A DNA stretch of 58,465 nt, taken from positions 264,806-323,270 of the forward strand of contig MEZH01000007.1 in the NCBI GenBank assembly GCA_001775995.1. Direction: 5' to 3'. The position numbers and the translations under genes were made by a program. A model generated the notes under the pieces. It worked only from the letters and a program-made list of their open reading frames with translations. It was not told the origin of the DNA and ran no database searches. Below, piece by piece: positions 18,052 to 27,314 of the stretch. Within the stretch, counting starts at the first letter, position 1; the number at the start of each line of letters is the position of its first letter. Origin of the DNA: Candidatus Bathyarchaeota archaeon RBG_16_48_13 (lineage in GTDB: Archaea; Thermoproteota; Bathyarchaeia; RBG-16-48-13).

Positions 18052-19794
18052 CTGAAGACAAACGTAGCTTTGTCGATTGTTCTTCTAATCATCATAACTG
18101 CCATTTTATCCGCTACCCAGGTAGCGTATGCTACTCCCGCATCATCGCCATTCTTGACGGTCGATAGGACCCTAGATATAAGCAAAGGTGGAGTGATTAC
18201 TGTTAAGGACATTTACCATCTGCGGAATAATGACACCGATCCGATCTCGGAATTTACTATCTACTTAGAGAAGGACCTGTTGACCAGAATGGATCTAATG
18301 AGCGCTTCAAGCGGCAACCAACCTCTGAGCACAAACATTACACCTGACGCAACTGGCAACTACAGCCTGATCCATGTGACCTTCTCTCACGCCGTTGACC
18401 CGGGCACGGACTACGTCTTTAATATGACCTACGTTTATTCCCTCCTAGTAAGGGGGATCAGCTCTGGAACATATGGCGCATACATGTACATTTACCCGAG
18501 GCTTCCTTTTGCAGCGGTCAACTGCAGCGTAACTATAGTTATGCCTGAAACCACGACGTTGACAACTCTTGATAATGCTAGCTACTCTCTAGATAATGTC
18601 AGCTTCACCCCTATTACGTATAGTCCCAGGTGGGTATACAACAAAATAATAGCTCCTTTGGTACCTCTATCCAACACGACGCAGGCAATATTCTTCAAAG
18701 CCAACGTTATGCAAATGTTCTATGTGGGAAGTATCGACCGGTCCATTGCATTGGACCAGTTCGGAAGAATCTTTGTCTCCGATTCTTACAACATGATGTA
18801 TCTCGACTACACTTCGACATCAACCATTGACTTGAATCTGCTAGAGGGAAGGACAAACGTAAATGCCTCGGATTCGCTCGGCAATCTTAAGGTTGTGAGC
18901 GTGTTCGGCAACGCTACTGTCAACTACGCAACTGTGTCATTCAGGTATTATCTACAGACGTATGAGAATGTCTCCTTCACGGTGAACTACCAAATTCCAG
19001 CCAACAAGTATTTGAGCAAAGTCGGAACCTCGGACAGGTACAGGCTAAATATCACTCTCTATCCGAGTCTGAACTGGACCATCAGGGATGCGGCAGTGAA
19101 GATTAGCTTGCCCGAAGGCGGAGACTACGTGGCTTCGGCCGTCCATCCTCAGACGATCCAGAAAACTTACTTGCAGACAGTCGTGGAGTACCTTCTCCCG
19201 ATCGGTGCGGCAATGAACAACAGCGCCACGATACTGGATTATGATTATGCTATCTTGTGGTCGGCTTTCAGACCCACTCTGTGGGCTGGGCTAACGATCG
19301 CCGCCTTAGGCGGAGTTGTGCTCATAGCGAGAAGAAGAAAGAACGAGAACCCCGTGGAAGCAGAGGCACTGCCACTGGACGACCTCAAGGAATTCGTGGA
19401 CCTCTATGACGAGAAGAATGCCTTGCTGGACGAACTAGAAGAGGCCGAGGAGGAAGAGAAGAGAGGGGTCCTGAGGAAGGAGGACCGGAAGAGGATGAAG
19501 ATTGTCGAGGCTCAACTGGGGACATTGAGCAAGAAGATAGGGGAGCTTAAGCCAGAGATCAGATCAGCATCGACTCAACACGCTAACGCGTTAAAGCGGA
19601 TGGAAGTTGCAGAAGCTGACATGGCTGCGGCAAAAGACAGCTTGAAAAAAGTGGACGCCCAAATCCGAGCTGGACAGATCTCCAGAGAAGCGTACGAAAA
19701 ACTTAAACGAACTTATCAAAAGAGGATAGGAAGCGCGAAGGGCGTCGTAGACTCGGCGATCATCACCTTCAAGGAAGAAGTCGAAGCATTCTAG
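18052..19794 (+). CDS. Ribophorin I (RPN1/Ost1)-like type I membrane glycoprotein
   Basis: Signal peptide, two beta-rich exported domains with about 14 N-X-S/T sequons, one TM followed by RRRK, then a coiled-coil tail; collinear motifs with RPN1 (VKISLPEG, AGQISREAY); start is CTG 18052 or TTG 18070. Confidence 0.72.
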   Translation: MKTNVALSIVLLIIITAILSATQVAYATPASSPFLTVDRTLDISKGGVITVKDIYHLRNNDTDPISEFTIYLEKDLLTRMDLMSASSGNQPLSTNITPDATGNYSLIHVTFSHAVDPGTDYVFNMTYVYSLLVRGISSGTYGAYMYIYPRLPFAAVNCSVTIVMPETTTLTTLDNASYSLDNVSFTPITYSPRWVYNKIIAPLVPLSNTTQAIFFKANVMQMFYVGSIDRSIALDQFGRIFVSDSYNMMYLDYTSTSTIDLNLLEGRTNVNASDSLGNLKVVSVFGNATVNYATVSFRYYLQTYENVSFTVNYQIPANKYLSKVGTSDRYRLNITLYPSLNWTIRDAAVKISLPEGGDYVASAVHPQTIQKTYLQTVVEYLLPIGAAMNNSATILDYDYAILWSAFRPTLWAGLTIAALGGVVLIARRRKNENPVEAEALPLDDLKEFVDLYDEKNALLDELEEAEEEEKRGVLRKEDRKRMKIVEAQLGTLSKKIGELKPEIRSASTQHANALKRMEVAEADMAAAKDSLKKVDAQIRAGQISREAYEKLKRTYQKRIGSAKGVVDSAIITFKEEVEAF

Positions 19795-19940
19795 AAGTAG
19801 TGCGCGCACTAAGACTCTTTCTGTTTTGTCGATGCCTTCCAACGTTGCAGGCTGAACGATGATGCTTTGCACTGGAACTTCGCCATCTGGAAAGATTTCT
19901 CCCCAACCTTTTGCCCTCAGCGTTCAAACGTCCCCATGTC

Positions 19941-20186
19941 TTATACTTTCTCAAAGACTAAACCTCCCAAGCTCTGCCTCTTCAGCGCAGCCTTCCGAGT
20001 AGGACAAGAAGCGTAAACGCCAACATCAGAAAAGCCGAAACACTTCAAACCATCAGATTTGCACTTGCGACCTAAAGCGCCCTCATACATAGACTCTCCA
20101 ACGATCTCGCAGGAACCATCAGGCGCTAAATTAGAATCCACATTCTCAGGATACTTGTAATTCTCTAGCAACCTTGAATCCATCAC
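19941..20186 (-). CDS. Hypothetical 81-aa Cys-containing protein in a probable decayed element
   Basis: GAGGAGG upstream; four Cys (CEI, CKS, KCF, SCP); flanked by broken ORFs. Confidence 0.55.
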   Translation of the reverse strand: MMDSRLLENYKYPENVDSNLAPDGSCEIVGESMYEGALGRKCKSDGLKCFGFSDVGVYASCPTRKAALKRQSLGGLVFEKV

Positions 20187-20521
20187 GAAGCCTCCTCACT
20201 CGGGATGTCTATGACCTTTCTTGCAACCGCAGTCTCGGGTAAAGCAATTAGCTGCTGGATTTCGTTCATCCTTGGAATAATCACGTCCTTCAACGTCTTC
20301 TGGCCATCCTTGGAAGCAATATACAGCAGAAACTCAGCGGTCTTGGAACTCTAGCAAATAGGCAGCTTCAAGGTACGATTTAGCCAATAAGTACATAACT
20401 CACATACTAATGTCCCAGTTTACACTTTCAGCCTTAGACCGAGTTTCGTGGTCCCAGTTAGAAGGGAAATGACGCGCCCCCTGTTCGCCGTCTTGAAAAG
20501 TATAAATCACGCTCTAGAGGG

Positions 20522-20641
20522 TGGTAGCCCGGGAGAGACTCGAACTCTCGTCTCCGTCTCCCCTTGCTGGGGGACTACGGCTCCAAAGGCCGCTATGCTT
20601 GGCCACTACAATCGGCGGAGCTCTAACTCCTCCACCGGGCT
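20522..20641 (-). tRNA. tRNA-Gln(TTG) with two non-canonical introns (10/11: 20631-20611; 45/46: 20574-20552), CCA encoded
   Basis: Removing both introns gives a 76-nt cloverleaf AGCCCGG...GCGGC CT TTG GA GCCGT AGAC GAGAG TTCGAGT CTCTC CCGGGCT A CCA. Confidence 0.92.
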
Positions 20642-20785
20642 GGATTCCGGGCTGAAAAATCTTCAGTGAACAGCCTTAATAAGTTTTCAACTGAATTTGA
20701 TGACTAGTATCTTCAAGCGGAAATCTTGTATAGTATTCAACAAGTAAGATCCATGTCGAAGTCGCGTGCTTCTGAACATTGGAAT

Positions 20786-21061
20786 CTATGTCTTCGCGCT
20801 CAAGTTGAAGGGTTTTCCTTCTTTCAGGATCTTTTCTGGGAACTTGCCTTTCCACTTCTTCATGAACTGAAGGTCTTCCATTGCCCTGAGTTCGTCAGGA
20901 AGCATGTGGGGTACCTCATCAATTATTGGGTACCATCTTTGGCATACCGGGCAAATTATCACACCTTCTGCGATCGCTTCTTTTTCCTCAAATGCGATCA
21001 GTTCAAGCGGGTGATGTTTGCATATTGGGCACGCCAATAAGTCCATTAGCCATCGCTTCAT
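20786..21061 (-). CDS. trm112: Trm112-family methyltransferase activator
   Basis: MKRWLMDLLACPICK...GVIICPVCQRWYPIIDEVPHMLP. Confidence 0.9.
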   Translation of the reverse strand: MKRWLMDLLACPICKHHPLELIAFEEKEAIAEGVIICPVCQRWYPIIDEVPHMLPDELRAMEDLQFMKKWKGKFPEKILKEGKPFNLSAKT

Positions 21062-21115
21062 AAGGTGGTTCTCCTAGTCACGTGATATAAGTTGATTTCT
21101 AATTCTCTTTGATTC

Positions 21116-22060
21116 TTATCCGACAGTTACTATCTGGTTTTTCTCTCCAGATGCCAGGGCCGCCTCAGCTATTTCAAGGGCTTTTATTCCGTCCAAAGCT
21201 GTGACCGCGGGTTCCTGATCAATCCGCAAGGACTCCACAAAGTGCTCGAGCTCAGCCGTTAGAGGTTCCTCCCACTTGAGTTTTGGCTGAACAATTTCTT
21301 CCAAACCCTCTACAGTCAACTGTTGGGTTATGTAGTCGATGGTGACTATCTTCTCGCTGCCCGTAACGATGAGCGTCCTCACCTTATGGGGTGTTAGCCA
21401 GTTGGCTTCCACGAAGCCGGTCTTCTTGCTCTTGAAGCCAAGAAGTATCTCGGCGTAGTCCTCGAGTTTGTGTCTGTAGCTGCCTACTCTCGCGTACACT
21501 GTGCTGGGGGTCTCACCCAAGACAAACCTTATCACGTCAAGGTCGTGGATAGCGGTATCCTTTACTACGCCTATGTCGCCTATCCTTTCCGGCCACCTGC
21601 CAACCCTTTTGGCAACTATGAGCACGACCTCGCCTGTGGTCCCTTCGTGGACCATGTTTCTCAGCTTCTGGACGGCGGGGTTGAAGCGCTCTATGAACCC
21701 TACCATGACGTGCAAGCCCTTCTTCTGGGCAGCCTTGAGGATAGCCTTACCCTCATCAGAAGTCTTGCTGATGGGTTTCTCGATTAGGAGGTGCTTTCCG
21801 CACTCGATGGCCTCAAGAGCATGTTCCGTGTGGAATATGGTGGGGGTGCAAATGCTCACGGCGTCTATGTCATCTCTTTCAAGGAGTCGCTGGTTTGAGG
21901 TGTACCAATCGACACCGTACTTTTCGGCTATGGCCTTTGCTGTGGCTTCGTTGGTGTCGCTGATTGCCTTCAACTCCGCCCCCTTTAGCTCCTTGTAGAC
22001 TCTGACATGGTTCTTGCCCCAGAAGCCGGTGCCTATGACTCCGATCCCAAGTTTTTTCAT
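21116..22060 (-). CDS. Gfo/Idh/MocA oxidoreductase (WbpB / UDP-GlcNAc 3-dehydrogenase-like)
   Basis: GVIGTGFWG, LLIEKP, VGFIERFNP, DTAIHDLD. Confidence 0.85.
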   Translation of the reverse strand: MKKLGIGVIGTGFWGKNHVRVYKELKGAELKAISDTNEATAKAIAEKYGVDWYTSNQRLLERDDIDAVSICTPTIFHTEHALEAIECGKHLLIEKPISKTSDEGKAILKAAQKKGLHVMVGFIERFNPAVQKLRNMVHEGTTGEVVLIVAKRVGRWPERIGDIGVVKDTAIHDLDVIRFVLGETPSTVYARVGSYRHKLEDYAEILLGFKSKKTGFVEANWLTPHKVRTLIVTGSEKIVTIDYITQQLTVEGLEEIVQPKLKWEEPLTAELEHFVESLRIDQEPAVTALDGIKALEIAEAALASGEKNQIVTVG

Positions 22061-23415
22061 TTAGTCCACGTGCCCCTTCCAATTCCTCTGTAGATGAAGC
22101 CCTCCTTCTCCACCGTGTTTGGGTCAAACACGTGGCCGCAGTCGACTATGGCGGCTGGTCTCCTCATCATGAAGGCTATCTTTGAGGGTGCAAGGGTTTT
22201 GAATTCGTCGTGCCCGACAGTGATTAGGATGCAGTCCGCGTTCTCAACCGCCCTTTCAATACTTGAGAAGCCGTTGTATCCGAGGGCCTTCAGCTCCTCG
22301 ACAGTGAACCGCGGGTCGTATACCCTCATAGAGACGCCCTTCCTTTGAAGGGCGTTGTTAACGGTCTTTGCCATAGAGAGGCGGGTTTCCTTCACGTTTG
22401 CTCTAAAGGATACTCCCAGAAGGGCCACATTGCTTCTTCGGAGTTTCTTCCCGCAAGCCCTGAGGGCTTCCGACACGAGTCTGATGGAGTGGGTATACAT
22501 GTTGTCATTTATCTTTCGGGCGAGATGCACCATCCGGAGGTCGACACCTTGCTCCTCTGCCTTCTCCAAGAGGAAATACGGGTTAACAGGTATGCAATGG
22601 CCCCCTACGCCGATGCTTGGTGAATGGAGGTGTGAGTACGGTTGAGTGTTGGCCGCTTGCATCGCCTCATCGAAGTCTACTCCGAGCCTCTCACACAAGA
22701 TGGCGAGCTCGTTCACCAGGGCGATGTTGACGTCCCTGTAGATGTTCTCGAAGAGCTTTATTGATTCGGCAGTTCGGAGGTTCTTCACCTTGATGATCTT
22801 TTCCTTCACGATCGAGCCTATGAGTGCCGAGGCCGTCTCCAGGCTCCTTTGATCGAAGCCTCCCACTATCCGTGGATAGCTTTGGATATCTTTGATCACC
22901 CGTCCGGCTGTAGCCCTGATGGGGCTATAGGCTAGGCTGAAGTCACTCCCAGCGTTCATGCCTGAGGATAGTTCCAGCAACTCGCGCACGAATCCCTCAG
23001 TTGAGCCAGGTCCTATAGTGCTCTCAAGTACTACTAAGGAATCCACCTGGAGGCCCTTCCCTATCTCCCGACAAGCCCTCTCAACGGCAGAATAATCAGG
23101 CTTTCGGTTCTCGTCTATCGCTGTGGGAACGATGATTATTATTGTCTCGTTGTCAGTGGCAGCTTGTTTTATGTTGCTCGTCGCCTTCAGGCGTCCGCTC
23201 TCTACGTTCCTTCTTATCATTGCGTCCACAGTAGGCTCAGGTATAGGGCTCTTCGCATCGTTTATGACCTTAACTACCTTTAGGTCTATGTCGACACCGG
23301 TGACCTTGAACCCTGTCTCCGCGAATAGGCATGCCGTCGGTAGGCCCATCCATCCCAAGCCAATTACGGCGATCCGCATGCTCTTGTCGTTGATCTTCTC
23401 CTGGAGGGCTGCCAA
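22057..23415 (-). CDS. Nucleotide-sugar 6-dehydrogenase (WbpA/WecC family)
   Basis: VIGLGWMG, IIVPT, EST..PG, KLFENIYRDVNIA, GVGGHCIP. Confidence 0.9.
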   Translation of the reverse strand: MAALQEKINDKSMRIAVIGLGWMGLPTACLFAETGFKVTGVDIDLKVVKVINDAKSPIPEPTVDAMIRRNVESGRLKATSNIKQAATDNETIIIIVPTAIDENRKPDYSAVERACREIGKGLQVDSLVVLESTIGPGSTEGFVRELLELSSGMNAGSDFSLAYSPIRATAGRVIKDIQSYPRIVGGFDQRSLETASALIGSIVKEKIIKVKNLRTAESIKLFENIYRDVNIALVNELAILCERLGVDFDEAMQAANTQPYSHLHSPSIGVGGHCIPVNPYFLLEKAEEQGVDLRMVHLARKINDNMYTHSIRLVSEALRACGKKLRRSNVALLGVSFRANVKETRLSMAKTVNNALQRKGVSMRVYDPRFTVEELKALGYNGFSSIERAVENADCILITVGHDEFKTLAPSKIAFMMRRPAAIVDCGHVFDPNTVEKEGFIYRGIGRGTWTK

Positions 23416-23459
23416 ATTTGTTCAATCCGTATTGTTTTGAGAGAGTCTGATCATATATT

Positions 23460-24539
23460 CTAGGATATAAGTTCGCGCTCAACTTGGCCGGCTATCACGT
23501 CGACTGGGTTCTCCATGTTAGACAGCAGGTTGTTCGCCCGCTCTTTGGAGGCCCGCTTGTATATCTCAAAGTTGTCCAATATGTCAGCCATCTTTAAGAA
23601 GGCCTTGTTTGGGTCCAGTATCCTGTTGATCAACTTCTCTTTCAAGAGAAATTGCTCCACGAATGTTGGCTCTACAGGGTAGCAGGATATCGTAGGTACA
23701 CCGAGCAGCGCAGCCTCGGCGGTCATGGTTCCACCGGCGCCGACGAAGAGGGAACTAAAAAAAAGTAAGCTGGTGCTGTCTATCACCTTGTCCGTCACTG
23801 TCACTTCAGTGTGGAAAGCTGACTTCAGCATGGGGATCTGTTCACTGTAGCGAGGCATGACCACTATCTGGATCTCCTTCTTATACCTCTCCAGCAGGTT
23901 TCTTATGAGGGGGATCACAACGGACTCGCCTTGGGTGACCCTGTCGACGAGGTAGGACGCAAAGGCCTCTTCGACCCTGAATACCACTATGGGCTTGGAC
24001 CCGTCGAGGCTGAGTTGGTATAGGACCGCCGGAGAGGAGGGATAATTCTTGATCCAAGCCGCGGGATCAAGGGCGTTGTACTGAGTGATCAGGTCCGAGC
24101 TTGCACCGAGAGTCAACCAAGCCTTGAGCGGGACAACCTTGGGAGAGAACAATCGTTTGGACAACGGGATGGTCAGTCGAGCCACCGACACTGAGTGGGG
24201 GGAGTCGTTCACAGTGTAGTGTGGTATGGCCAGACCGAAGGCTGTTCGTGCAGCTTCCGGGGAGGCAAAGGCTATTGACAGCTCAGGCTGGAGCTTGGTC
24301 ACGAGGTTGGCAAGCTCAGCGATTCTATTTGCGCTGGCGATTAGTTTGCCCTTGAGGGTTGGCCCCCCGTGCTTGCCGACGACCGCACATTCGAGGCCCT
24401 TCATCTCAACAAGTTCATTGACCTCTTTGTAGTTCCTAGTCGTGTAGAATACTTCGTTCCCCTTAACGCGTAGCTTCTTGCCAAGTTCCACCATGAATAG
24501 GAATTGTTTTGGGGTAAGTATGTCGAGCCAGACCCTCAG
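23460..24539 (-). CDS. DUF354 protein (GT-B-like fold); probable CTG start
   Basis: RVWLDILTPKQ N-terminus upstream of the track start; GKHGG; GAGGTMTAEAALLGVPTIS. Confidence 0.85.
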   Translation of the reverse strand: MRVWLDILTPKQFLFMVELGKKLRVKGNEVFYTTRNYKEVNELVEMKGLECAVVGKHGGPTLKGKLIASANRIAELANLVTKLQPELSIAFASPEAARTAFGLAIPHYTVNDSPHSVSVARLTIPLSKRLFSPKVVPLKAWLTLGASSDLITQYNALDPAAWIKNYPSSPAVLYQLSLDGSKPIVVFRVEEAFASYLVDRVTQGESVVIPLIRNLLERYKKEIQIVVMPRYSEQIPMLKSAFHTEVTVTDKVIDSTSLLFFSSLFVGAGGTMTAEAALLGVPTISCYPVEPTFVEQFLLKEKLINRILDPNKAFLKMADILDNFEIYKRASKERANNLLSNMENPVDVIAGQVERELIS

Positions 24540-24616
24540 TTTCTTACCTCCATATCTTGACCCCGATGTTGGGATATAGATAAGATTAAGTTCATTACTT
24601 TAACGGAAGGGCAGGC

Positions 24617-25267
24617 TTATTTTAGGTGGAGCTTCAGAATTGAGAAGGCCTTCTTCAGCTGGTTTGTTAAGCTTGAAGCCATTCCTTCAGGGTGTGTCTT
24701 TTTGTCTCTTATGGCTTTCAGGACTCCTTCAACCGTCAGGGATTCTACCTCTATTACTGTGAAGGTGTCTCCGATGGTTTCCAAGATGTGGGAGTCGCTC
24801 CCCCCCAGCTGGGCGAGACCAAGCCGTTCTGCAAGGGCCATCCCCAGCCTGCTGGAACGCTGGAAGAGGGGGTAGGAGGCGTTCATGACCTCTACTGCGT
24901 CGAACCTCCCAGACTCTATGATCTTCTGGTCTATCTTCTGAGCCATCAAGCTGAAGGGGTGCGAAACCACCGACAAGCCTCCTACCTCCCTTATCCTGTC
25001 AGCAGTCTCAGAGGCTGGGAGCCCGCTCGGTATGGACTGATCAACACCTATCCCTAGGAGGTGGCCCTCTGAGGTGGAGACCTCTATCCCTGGAACTAGG
25101 AGAAAATCGCCGGCGCTGTATTGGGAAGTCTTTGTGGCTACGTCGTGGTCCGTTATGGCTATCCCTTGGAGGCCTCTCTGCCTAGCCTTCGCTATGGCTT
25201 CGGGGATAGTGATTGATGAATCATGGGATCGATCTGAGTGGACATGGAGGTCGATCTTTATACGCAC
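24617..25267 (-). CDS. PHP-domain metal-dependent phosphoesterase
   Basis: DLHVHS..S.DS, AITDHD, GIEVST..GH, GGSDSH. Confidence 0.9.
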   Translation of the reverse strand: MRIKIDLHVHSDRSHDSSITIPEAIAKARQRGLQGIAITDHDVATKTSQYSAGDFLLVPGIEVSTSEGHLLGIGVDQSIPSGLPASETADRIREVGGLSVVSHPFSLMAQKIDQKIIESGRFDAVEVMNASYPLFQRSSRLGMALAERLGLAQLGGSDSHILETIGDTFTVIEVESLTVEGVLKAIRDKKTHPEGMASSLTNQLKKAFSILKLHLK

Positions 25268-25271
25268 CGGA

Positions 25272-27287
25272 TCACCTGATCTTGCTTCCCGGCATGGTCG
25301 GTTGGTTCGGTTGGAGGATGACGATCTTCTCCCCGTCCTCTGCGGCGAGGATCATCACTTGGGATTCCACGTCAAAAATCTTCGTCGGCTTCAGATTGAC
25401 TATGACGGCTATTTCCCTACCTTTGAGCTCTTCCACTGTATATTGCTGAGCGATGCCCGAGATGGCCTGCTTAATGTTCTTTCCTCCTATATCTACGAGG
25501 AGCTTGAGGAGCTTGTCCGAGCCCTTCACCCGCTCGGCATCAACGATCTTCCCGATCCTCAGGTCGTTCTTCATGAAGTCCTCCATGGTTATCTGAGGCT
25601 TCGTGCCGACTGCTTCGAGAGATTCTTTGAGCTCTTCCTTCTGCTTTTGAAGAGTCTTGTCTTCTATCTTGACGAATAGGGGTTGTGGCTTCAATATCGC
25701 GTGACCGGGCGAGATTTCCTTGGGGATGTCTTGCCACCTCTGTTCGTGAATGCTTCCTTCCATGTCGAGGGTGCTCCAGATCTTCTCGGCAGTAAATGGG
25801 AGGAAGGGTTCAAGCATGATCGCAAGTGCTTTGACAATCTGGGTTCCGACGTTTAGAGTTGTGGCTGCGCTCTCTTTGGCGGTCTTCAGGAATTTCCAGG
25901 GTTCCTTGTCGTTGAAGTATTTGTTTCCGTGGGCGGCCAGATCGATTATGGTCTTGAGGGCTGAGTGGAAACTGAACTCATCGAGGAAGATAGCCACCTG
26001 GTCCGCGGCCTCTCGGATCTTTTTCAGCGCTACTTTGTCGTCCTCGTTCATTTCTGCTGGGGCGGGGATCTTGGCGTCGAAGTAGTTGGCGACGAAGGAG
26101 AGATTCCTGTGGATGAAGTTGCCGAGGATGTCAGCGAGCTCGTCATTGTGTCTCTTTGCGAAGTCGTCCCAAGAGAAATCTGCGTCCTTGTTGAGTGGGG
26201 ACGAGATTGTGAGATAGTACCTAAGAGGGTCGGGCTCAAAGGTTTTCAGGTACTCAGATATCTCCACTACCCATCTGCGGGTCTTGGACATCTTCTTCCC
26301 CTCAAGGGTCAAGTACTCCCCGGCCACTACGGCTGTGGGCAAGTTGTACTCGCCGCGGGCCTTTAGCATAGCTGGCCAGAAGATGGCGTGGTGGTAGATT
26401 ATGTCCTTCCCTATGAAGTGGTAGATCTCGCTCCCCTCGCTCTGCCAGTACTGGTGCCACCCATTTGGGTTGCCTTTGGACTCCTGCCAGAGTCGCGTCG
26501 CGGTTATGTAACCGATAGGGGCGTCGAACCAGACGTAGAGGACTTTGTCCTCTGCACCCTCCATCGGGACTGGGGTACCCCACTTCATGTCCCTTGTTAT
26601 GCACCAGTCTCTCAACCCCTCGTTTATCCACTGGATAGCGTAGTTCTTGACATTGCTCGCTATCCTCTTGTTGCCCTTCAGCCATCCTTCAACGAAGGGT
26701 TGCAGGGCACTGAGCTTAAAGAACCAATGCTTTGTCGCCCTTATGATCGGTCTTGTGCCGCACGTTATGCAGTATGGTGCTATAAGCTCCGTGGGCTTCA
26801 GATATCTGCCGCAGCTCTCGCATTGATCCCCTCGTGCGTTCTCGGCTTTGCAGTGGGGGCAGTTCCCTTGGACGTAACGGTCCGGCAGGAATCTCTTGTC
26901 CTTCGGGCAGTAGAACTGTTCGATCTCAGATTCGTAAATGTAGCCGTTTTCGAGGATGCGGCTGAAGAAGTCCTGAGTGAGCTCATCGTGGGCCGGTTCG
27001 GTGGTGCGTGAGAAGATGTCAAAGGAGCAGCCCATTTTCTGCAAGTCTTGGCGGATGAGGGCGTGATACTTGTCGGCGACCGCTTTTGGAGTTATGTGTT
27101 CCTTCTCGGCTTCGACGGCTATCGGGGTGCCGTGTTCATCGGTGGCGCAGATATAGGCGGCGTCGTACCCTTGGAGCCTCTTGAACCGCGCGAATATGTC
27201 GGCGGGTATGTACGTCGAGCGCAAGTGTCCGAGGTGAAGGCGGTAGTTGGCATATGGTAGGGCAGCCGTCACTAGTATCTTCTTCAT
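25272..27287 (-). CDS. metG: Methionine--tRNA ligase with C-terminal tRNA-binding domain
   Basis: ALPYAN..LHLGH, YVWFDAPIGY, KMSKT, DLRIGKI...SQVMIL. Confidence 0.97.
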   Translation of the reverse strand: MKKILVTAALPYANYRLHLGHLRSTYIPADIFARFKRLQGYDAAYICATDEHGTPIAVEAEKEHITPKAVADKYHALIRQDLQKMGCSFDIFSRTTEPAHDELTQDFFSRILENGYIYESEIEQFYCPKDKRFLPDRYVQGNCPHCKAENARGDQCESCGRYLKPTELIAPYCITCGTRPIIRATKHWFFKLSALQPFVEGWLKGNKRIASNVKNYAIQWINEGLRDWCITRDMKWGTPVPMEGAEDKVLYVWFDAPIGYITATRLWQESKGNPNGWHQYWQSEGSEIYHFIGKDIIYHHAIFWPAMLKARGEYNLPTAVVAGEYLTLEGKKMSKTRRWVVEISEYLKTFEPDPLRYYLTISSPLNKDADFSWDDFAKRHNDELADILGNFIHRNLSFVANYFDAKIPAPAEMNEDDKVALKKIREAADQVAIFLDEFSFHSALKTIIDLAAHGNKYFNDKEPWKFLKTAKESAATTLNVGTQIVKALAIMLEPFLPFTAEKIWSTLDMEGSIHEQRWQDIPKEISPGHAILKPQPLFVKIEDKTLQKQKEELKESLEAVGTKPQITMEDFMKNDLRIGKIVDAERVKGSDKLLKLLVDIGGKNIKQAISGIAQQYTVEELKGREIAVIVNLKPTKIFDVESQVMILAAEDGEKIVILQPNQPTMPGSKIR

Positions 27288-27314
27288 GAGTTTGCACTCG
27301 CTTCCTTGATTATC

